A DNA stretch of 64,000 nt. It comes from a bacterium. GTDB taxonomy: Bacteria > Desulfobacterota > DSWW01. The DNA lies in the NCBI GenBank assembly GCA_040756235.1, contig JBFLZG010000072.1, positions 1 to 64,000 of the forward strand, read 5' to 3'. The translations under genes were made by a program, and so were the position numbers. Under the pieces are notes generated by a model that saw nothing but the letters and a program-made list of their open reading frames with translations, made no database searches and was not told the origin of the DNA. The first letter of the stretch is position 1. Each line of letters opens with the position of its first letter. Shown piece after piece: positions 57,749-64,000 of this stretch.

Positions 57749-59230
57749 ATGAAGGCCACCACGAGAATCGCTCTGCCCCTCATTCTGTTTGCATGCGCCG
57801 TGTTTATCAGCTGCAGCTCGGATCATTCCGATGACGAGTCCGTATCCCCCGTTCGTGTGGAGAGGGCTGCCTGCTACCAGGCACTCGACTACTTCCCGGA
57901 AGTCCTGGCTTCCGCAGAGGACAACGGCTCTGCGGCGCCGCCGGCTCCCGAGAGCTCCCCGTTCTGTTCCTCTTCTGTCGGCCTGGGAGAGAAGGTACCC
58001 TTCGTAGCCCTGGAGGAAGCGGGCGGAGGCAACACGATCGTCGCAGATAGCGTCACCTGGGCTGTCAGCGATCAAGCGGTTGCAGAGATCTCGGCCGACG
58101 GGACCCTTTCCTTCTTTGGCCCCGGTTCGGTCGAGGTCCGGGCGTGCGTGGAGGATCTCTGCTCCGAGCCGTATCCCATCACCGCCGTGGAAGACCCGCA
58201 GGTGGTCCAGCTCGAGATCTTCCCCGGCTACTATTACCCCGTTCCTCTGTTTGCAGACATCGGCATCACCATGCCGGACTGCTTCGACTGCTATTTCGAG
58301 TCCACCTTGAGACTGCTCGTGGGTGATACGGCCGAGTTCTTCGCGCGGGGAGTGCTCGAGACCGGCTCCTGGGTCGACCTCACGACCGAGGTTGCCTGGC
58401 ATTCGACCGATGCCGATGTTGCCACACTCGACTCCGGGGGATTGCTGACTGCCCACGCCCAAGGCAACACGGCGGTCACCGCCACCTACGAATCCCTGAC
58501 CAGCAACACCGTTGAGGTGGAAGTCCTTGCCGAAGCCATCCTCGTGGACCTGTACGTTTACAGGCAGTCCAGCGAGGGCATTCTCAAGGTGGGCTCCATC
58601 GACCAGTTCCACGCTGACGCGTATTACGACCCGTGGATGCTGAACGATGTGACGAACGAAGTCGAGTGGGTGATCTCGGATCCGACGCTGGCGAGCGTAA
58701 GCCCGGAGGGCATCCTCACGGCCCTGGCTCCCGGCCTGCTGACCGTCCAGGCCCGTTACCAGGGCAAGGTCAGCAATGAGATCGCGATGGAGATCTGGGA
58801 CGAGGTGGAGATGGACTACTGCGATCCGGCCAACCCGCACCGGGCTTTCTGGGAAGATGAGTACAACCGGGTCATCCTGGAGACCGACTGCGACACCTAT
58901 CCGGGTCAGAGTCCGGTCCGCATCCGCTATACGATCGAGGAGAATCAGCCTCATCCATGGGGCATCCTGGATCCCTGTCTCGACCTGGTCGTTCTCAACG
59001 GGGCGGATCAGGTTGTAAAGACATTGCGCTTCGAAGGCTGCGGCGATCTTCCCTTCGCCATGGAGGCAGGCGCTCTGGCGGACTTCGATCCCATCTACCA
59101 GTACGGCACGGTCTGGGACCGGACGGACGACGACGGCCAGCCCGTTCCGGCGGGAGTGTACGCGATCGCCGGACGATTCTACATCTACTATGACCCTGTC
59201 ATCAGACTATCCATATCCCTGCAGGAGTAA
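57749..59230 (+). CDS. Lipoprotein with Big_2 Ig-like repeats and C-terminal FlgD/BsuPI-like Ig domain
   Basis: FISC lipobox; three V.W..SD..VA.I...G.L repeats; WDRTDDDGQPVPAGVY. Confidence 0.75.
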   Translation: MKATTRIALPLILFACAVFISCSSDHSDDESVSPVRVERAACYQALDYFPEVLASAEDNGSAAPPAPESSPFCSSSVGLGEKVPFVALEEAGGGNTIVADSVTWAVSDQAVAEISADGTLSFFGPGSVEVRACVEDLCSEPYPITAVEDPQVVQLEIFPGYYYPVPLFADIGITMPDCFDCYFESTLRLLVGDTAEFFARGVLETGSWVDLTTEVAWHSTDADVATLDSGGLLTAHAQGNTAVTATYESLTSNTVEVEVLAEAILVDLYVYRQSSEGILKVGSIDQFHADAYYDPWMLNDVTNEVEWVISDPTLASVSPEGILTALAPGLLTVQARYQGKVSNEIAMEIWDEVEMDYCDPANPHRAFWEDEYNRVILETDCDTYPGQSPVRIRYTIEENQPHPWGILDPCLDLVVLNGADQVVKTLRFEGCGDLPFAMEAGALADFDPIYQYGTVWDRTDDDGQPVPAGVYAIAGRFYIYYDPVIRLSISLQE

Positions 59231-59419
59231 GCGCAGCCGGCGAGAAGCACGGGTCCGCCCAGCGGCCAAGCCCCGCAGAGCGGACCCGTGCAAAGAACGG
59301 CTCAGGGCGGATGCCAAGGTCCACGAACAAGGTGACGTAACTGTGTGTCAAGAAGAGTGTGGAGCCCGGGTAGACGGCCTCGGACCAGAGTCACATCAAC
59401 CGCTTGCTGATCTCCGCTG

Positions 59420-60781
59420 TCACGCCTCTTGCGGATCGATTCCTCTCTGCTTAAGCCACATGGGCAGCAGCTCTGCGTCCACCTTCCGGCTGACCCCGGG
59501 CGCTTTCTCGAGCAGGTACTCGCCCAGGGCCGAGGTGAGGTTGATCGCGCCGTAGCTGCCGTCGAAGAGGATCATCTTGTCCGTGTGGGCGAGCTCGCAG
59601 GCATGCGCCATCGCCTTTTCCAGGTCCTCGGCGATGAAGGCACGCTTGACCACCCGTTGCGGCAGCCCTCTTGCCACCTCGGGGCCGGCCACGATCGTCG
59701 GATACCAGGAGGCCAGGTCCACGAAGAGCTCTCTCCACGAGTGGTTCACGACCAGGGCCTTGACAGCCGTGTTCAGGGTCAGAGGATATTTTTTTCGAGG
59801 GGATCCGATCTCCAGGTCCAGATAGTCTGTCGGGCCCTTGAGCAGGTTCCCCGAGGTCAGGCCGCCGGCGTGCAGGTACCACGGCCACCTTCCGGCGTCG
59901 AGCACGGCGATGCACGCGTCGATCTCGGCAAAGAGGCGCAGAAGCTTTCCATAGGACCTCAGGGTGTTGACCGTAAGACGGCGGTCGAGGCGGTGGTGAT
60001 CGTTGTCGGCATCGATTCCGATGATCCCGGCAGGGGAGGTGACCTGGAAGCAGGTGAATGCGAATTTCTTCTGAACAAAAGGAGACTCGAAGATCGCCCG
60101 CGGGACGACGTTGCTGCTCCGGCTGCCGAAGTTCATGTGGTAGACCGACCGGGTCTCGAGTCTGGCGTAGCTCATCGTGAAGGCCTTGAGCGAGCGCCCG
60201 ACCAGGCGGTGAAAATAGGTCTCCCGCGGGTCGTCATAGTGGGCGTGTATGATCCAGTCCGCATCGTACACCTTGGCGAGCCCGTAGAGCGTTCCGATTT
60301 CGGTCTCGATGGGGATGCCCCGGTCAAAGGGTCCCACACCCGCGACGCGGCCGCCAAAGGCCTCGGCCAGCCCAAAGTGGGGAATCATCTCTCTGGCCTC
60401 GATCAGGGCGCCCCCGACGCAGAACCGCAACCGGATGTTCTCGCAGCCGGTCCGGTTCTGAACCACCTCCTTGATGGTCTTGAGCATCTCTGCGTACGCA
60501 TGGCCTTCCAGGATACTGAAGCCATGCTCGGAGCAGAGGAGATTGACCGAATCCCCGGGCCTGATCATCCCCATGTCCACGTTGTCGAGGGCCCGTTCCG
60601 TTGCCGTCCGGATGCGGGAGAGATCCTCTCCGTGGAGATAGATCTTTTCAGGTATATCCGGAAAGAGCTCTCGGACCTCCAGGGACGCGATCCCGGGCAA
60701 TTCGGCAGCCCTCCTGGACGGAAGCGCCGGGCCCATCAGGGACGGCATGATTCTCGGGGGGGAAACAGCCGCGTTGAGCAT
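59420..60781 (-). CDS. Conserved hypothetical protein, possibly distant LarA/DUF362-like
   Basis: 453-aa ORF, GGAGG RBS, coupled to the ferredoxin; weak IRPGDSV.L..S.HG and ADWII similarity. Confidence 0.55.
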   Translation of the reverse strand: MLNAAVSPPRIMPSLMGPALPSRRAAELPGIASLEVRELFPDIPEKIYLHGEDLSRIRTATERALDNVDMGMIRPGDSVNLLCSEHGFSILEGHAYAEMLKTIKEVVQNRTGCENIRLRFCVGGALIEAREMIPHFGLAEAFGGRVAGVGPFDRGIPIETEIGTLYGLAKVYDADWIIHAHYDDPRETYFHRLVGRSLKAFTMSYARLETRSVYHMNFGSRSSNVVPRAIFESPFVQKKFAFTCFQVTSPAGIIGIDADNDHHRLDRRLTVNTLRSYGKLLRLFAEIDACIAVLDAGRWPWYLHAGGLTSGNLLKGPTDYLDLEIGSPRKKYPLTLNTAVKALVVNHSWRELFVDLASWYPTIVAGPEVARGLPQRVVKRAFIAEDLEKAMAHACELAHTDKMILFDGSYGAINLTSALGEYLLEKAPGVSRKVDAELLPMWLKQRGIDPQEA

Positions 60782-60798
60782 GAGGACCTCCCACCCGT

Positions 60799-61413
60799 CT
60801 ATTTCGCCTTGAAGATCGAAACCAGGTTCTCCAAAGAGCGTTCACGAAACTGCTCCCGGTCTTCTTCGAGGCGATACTCCGGGTACTTTCGGGCCACGTG
60901 GTCGGGTATGTTCCACAGACCGGTCTCGATCGGATACCATCGATAGCCCTTCTCGGGCTTCATGGCTTCGCCTCGGGCCTGCAGCAACCGCTGCACGGGT
61001 GCCATGCACCACATCCCGCACGACGTTCGAACGCCGGTCAGGAAACTCACCTCATCCGGAGAGCGGGCGCCCTGCAAGATCGCGCCTGCCACCTCTCTGG
61101 CCCGGACATCCATGCAGACACAGATCCTCTCTTCCGGATCGAGGCCGGCCCGACCGCACAGATCGCTGATTGCCGCCGGGTCCATCCCCTTGGTGTCGAC
61201 GCCCAGGATCAACGGCTCCGGCCGCCCGATGACCCCGATGGCGCCTTCCCGGCAGGCATCGAGGCAGTGGAGACACCCCGCGCACCTGGTCTCGTCCACC
61301 ACGGCCTTCTTGTTCACCATCCGGATGGCCCGGGTGGGGCAGACGTTCTCGCAAAACCTGTCTCCCACGCACTTGTCCTCTTCCACCCTGGACACGATGT
61401 ACACTTTCTTCAT
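60799..61413 (-). CDS. Ferredoxin: 4Fe-4S dicluster + BFD-like [2Fe-2S] domain
   Basis: CVGDRFCENVCP, CAGCLHCLDAC, ICVC...SCGMWC. Confidence 0.85.
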   Translation of the reverse strand: MKKVYIVSRVEEDKCVGDRFCENVCPTRAIRMVNKKAVVDETRCAGCLHCLDACREGAIGVIGRPEPLILGVDTKGMDPAAISDLCGRAGLDPEERICVCMDVRAREVAGAILQGARSPDEVSFLTGVRTSCGMWCMAPVQRLLQARGEAMKPEKGYRWYPIETGLWNIPDHVARKYPEYRLEEDREQFRERSLENLVSIFKAK

Positions 61414-61655
61414 GCAGCACCCTTTCTGAGGTGATGGGGCCAGGTGCTTTCGAGCGTCCACATGGTAGCACATCCGGCGCCGAGTACGTGCCGGATTTCT
61501 GACCAGCCAGATCAATCCTCTCATCGCCTTCGTTCTTTCGGCCCATCAAGCGGCGGCTGCGATCTTTGCGCAGGTGCAGGCGATGATGGGGTTCGCCCGC
61601 AGCCTGTTCTGTTCAATCCCCGTGGAAACTGGCCGAGGAGCTGACAGGAGGGCCC

Positions 61656-61940
61656 TTGAGGAGCGACATCCGGCGCTGGCGAGAAGACCCGCTGCTGTTG
61701 GCATGGCCCTGGGCCGTCAGCTCTGACTACCATACGATCCCGGGCTCCATCGATCAGATCGACAAGACGGCCCTCGCGATTTCTACGAAATTCGTCCTCG
61801 AATTTGTGCGGGGGCTTCAAACGTACGCTCCTCAGGACCTCCGGGAGGCCGAAGAGGTCGAGCTTCCCGTTGACGAGGGAATGGTCCAGATGCTGAGGGA
61901 GAGAGGAGGCGTCAAGTCTGAGAGCCCGTCGAGGGACTAG
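61656..61940 (+). pseudogene. Possible C-terminal remnant of an M28 peptidase
   Basis: DYHT...IDQID...L resembles the M28 C-terminal His motif; no intact N-terminus. Confidence 0.3.
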
Positions 61941-61977
61941 CCCGGACAGGCTGCGGGCCCACGGTCCTGGGTGCCGT

Positions 61978-63999
61978 TCATTCGGTCAGTGGCGTCTCCG
62001 GAAACCCCTGCGGGTAGAGCCGGTAGCCGGCGGCGTGCTCCTCCACCTCCTCGCGCAGGTACCAGAACCGGAAAGAGTCGTTGGCCAGGTAGAGCGGCAT
62101 CTGATCGCCGTAGTGCGGGTCCCCCCAATGAGAGCTCTCGCCGCCCGGCAGGACGTTGTAGGTGGTCCACTCGTCCGCCTTCATCTCCACGCACAGCCGG
62201 AAGGCCGGCCCTTCGTTCCCGTGCTCGTACGGAAGCGACTGGATCGAACCGTCGGACCGAGCCATGGAATACTCGGCCGGGTCCACCGTGTGGAGGCCGC
62301 CGTCGTTCTCGAAGGGACCGAGGCTGAAGTCGTCCCAGACCGGGTGGTGGAATTTCTTGAGGTGGATCTCCCCCCAGCGCCAGCTTTCCATTGCCCGCTC
62401 CGGGCCGAAGAAGGCGGCGAGCTGGGCCAGCGCATCCTGGAGGGCCGCTGTCATCTGGTCGCCCGCCGTTTCCTCAGCGGGGGTCGTCTTGTCGTCGAAG
62501 AAGTTCTTGCCGCTCGCCGGGCCGCGCCCGTCGAGCCAGGCCCCCAGGTTCCGGCCTGCGATCTGCGGCAAGTAAGGGCCGATCATGCCGAGCAGAAGAG
62601 AAGGCAGATCGTCCTGGAGCGTCCGGTAGATGAAATGCGTGTACCAGACGTTGAAGATGGAGGCGCCGGTGCTGTCACGATCACACCGGCGGTCCCAGGC
62701 CTCAAGGATGCCCAGGGCCCGGCAGGCGTCCGCGCCCGGCTCCGCGCAGATCGCGGCCTGGTTCTCGAGCAGATAGGGCAGAAAGACGTCCGCCAGTACC
62801 AGGTGGTCGTCGTCCTGCAGCTCGACCAGGTCGGCCAGGGGGATCGGCCCGGCGGCCTTCATCTGCTCGATGCGCTGCGTGATGCGCCAGGCGCGGGCGC
62901 CCAGGTCGAAGAAGTGCCCCCAGTAGTCCTCGTCGTTGACCGGGTCGTCGTCCAGGGTCTGGTCGCCGATCGTGTTGTTCGCCGTGACGACGTAGCCCTT
63001 CGAAGGATTGAACAGCTGCGGCTTGGATGCGAGATCCAGGTAACCCTGCCATTCGTGGCTGCCGCTGCCGGTGAACGGGTAGTACGGAGGGTATTCGCTG
63101 ACCGGGTTGGCGCGCACCGGATAGGGGCCTGCGGCCATGTAGCCGATGTTGCCCGAGGTGTCGGCGAAGACCCAGTTGAGGACGCCGCTGTTGAAGTACC
63201 GCATGGCCTGGAGGCCGTCCTCGACGGTCGTAGCGTCCAGGACCTCCTTCATGCAGACCAGGTCCGTCGACGCACTGTCGAAGCCCGGCCAGCGCGCCGA
63301 AAAGACCAGCCCGAACAGCTCGAGGATCCCGCCCACCTCTTCCGGCAGGAGATCGTTCACGATGGGGCCGTGATGGGGCACCCAGCGCGTCGTAAGCGTT
63401 TGCGGCACTGCGTCCTGCGGCAGACCGCCCTCGGGACGGACGAGGATCGTCTCGTCGAAGAAGTCCAGAGGCGCCCACTTTCCTTGAAAGTAAACGGTCC
63501 TCTTGTCGGCGCCGAGCTGTTCCCGGTAAAGGTCGGTCACGTCGCCGAAACCGTTGGTGAGGCCCCAGGCCAGGTGTGCCGTGTGGCCGATGAGGACCAT
63601 GGGCGCACCGGGGGCGATGTTGCCGATCGCCCCGGTCTGGTCCACGCTCAAATCCACGATATGGGTGGCCATGAGCGTGGACGGGATCTCCAGGGGCATA
63701 TGCGGATCGTTGCAGAGGATGCAGGCCCCGCCCTCGGTGAGGCTGTCGTCCACCACCCAGTTGTTGCTCCCTCCGGACTTGCCCAGCCACGATCTGGCGA
63801 AAGCCTGATCCAGGCGTCCCGCCAGCGTGAGCAGGACCTCGGCCAGCCTGCGCCGGGTGCCTTCGTCCGCCCCGGCCAGCGCCGCCCCCAGCGCCTCAGC
63901 TCGAGCCGGCCCGGCCGACGCCACCGTCACCGTATCGAAGTCCGACGTGGGGAAGGGCTCGAGGATATACGTGGGCATCAGCGGTTGGAATCGGAGCAG
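61978..63999 (-). CDS. Penicillin acylase family Ntn-hydrolase, 5'-truncated by the window
   Basis: GGSNNWVV (catalytic Ser), NDPH, WGLTN, HGP, NWVFAD..GNIG, NP..GY..TANN, W.WG..H, PGGES. Confidence 0.92.
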   Translation of the reverse strand: MLRFQPLMPTYILEPFPTSDFDTVTVASAGPARAEALGAALAGADEGTRRRLAEVLLTLAGRLDQAFARSWLGKSGGSNNWVVDDSLTEGGACILCNDPHMPLEIPSTLMATHIVDLSVDQTGAIGNIAPGAPMVLIGHTAHLAWGLTNGFGDVTDLYREQLGADKRTVYFQGKWAPLDFFDETILVRPEGGLPQDAVPQTLTTRWVPHHGPIVNDLLPEEVGGILELFGLVFSARWPGFDSASTDLVCMKEVLDATTVEDGLQAMRYFNSGVLNWVFADTSGNIGYMAAGPYPVRANPVSEYPPYYPFTGSGSHEWQGYLDLASKPQLFNPSKGYVVTANNTIGDQTLDDDPVNDEDYWGHFFDLGARAWRITQRIEQMKAAGPIPLADLVELQDDDHLVLADVFLPYLLENQAAICAEPGADACRALGILEAWDRRCDRDSTGASIFNVWYTHFIYRTLQDDLPSLLLGMIGPYLPQIAGRNLGAWLDGRGPASGKNFFDDKTTPAEETAGDQMTAALQDALAQLAAFFGPERAMESWRWGEIHLKKFHHPVWDDFSLGPFENDGGLHTVDPAEYSMARSDGSIQSLPYEHGNEGPAFRLCVEMKADEWTTYNVLPGGESSHWGDPHYGDQMPLYLANDSFRFWYLREEVEEHAAGYRLYPQGFPETPLTE

Positions 64000-64000
64000 A

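Noticed and set aside
61467..61482. Sigma54 promoter CGGCGC-N5-GTGCT before the ferredoxin
   Set aside because: Spacing is right but three mismatches in GC-rich DNA make it too weak to call
193..63808. Many long antisense or alternate-frame ORFs (e.g. 13703-16045+, 23190-25220-, 32401-34482+, 50313-52865-)
   Set aside because: They shadow well-supported genes, have no recognisable motifs and are expected from high-GC codon bias

Overview
GC-rich bacterial chromosomal segment. Gene content (sigma54 enhancer-binding proteins, AOR, DUF1302/DUF1329, TIGR02147, a selenoprotein) suggests an anaerobic Deltaproteobacteria/Desulfobacterota-like organism; this is inference. About 45 CDS are supportable; I saw no rRNA, tRNA, CRISPR array or transposase. 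Main blocks: (1) a minus-strand, probably sigma54-controlled uptake/catabolic operon (saccharopine-DH-like, ABM, YCF48-like, MMPL/RND, DUF1302, DUF1329, SDR, VOC) beside a PAS enhancer-binding protein; (2) PiT/DUF47, a 1410-aa CoA-activase, and secreted hydrolases; (3) an accessory block at about 34.5-40.9 kb with a tightly coupled caspase-like protease + unknown 468-aa protein + MBL-fold hydrolase operon, the best candidate for an undescribed (likely anti-phage, protease-activated) system; (4) an HK/NtrC pair and a consensus sigma54 promoter driving a receiver protein and an AOR fused to a cytidylate-kinase-like domain; (5) a GrdB/PrdB-like selenoprotein split in the ORF track by an in-frame UGA (UPVC motif, SECIS-like hairpin); (6) a TIGR02147 + lipoprotein locus. 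Intergenic DNA carries a MITE family with 4-bp target duplications, nested with CGTC-, GTAG- and CCCTCTCCC-type palindromic repeats. All family calls come from motif recognition by eye, not database searches.
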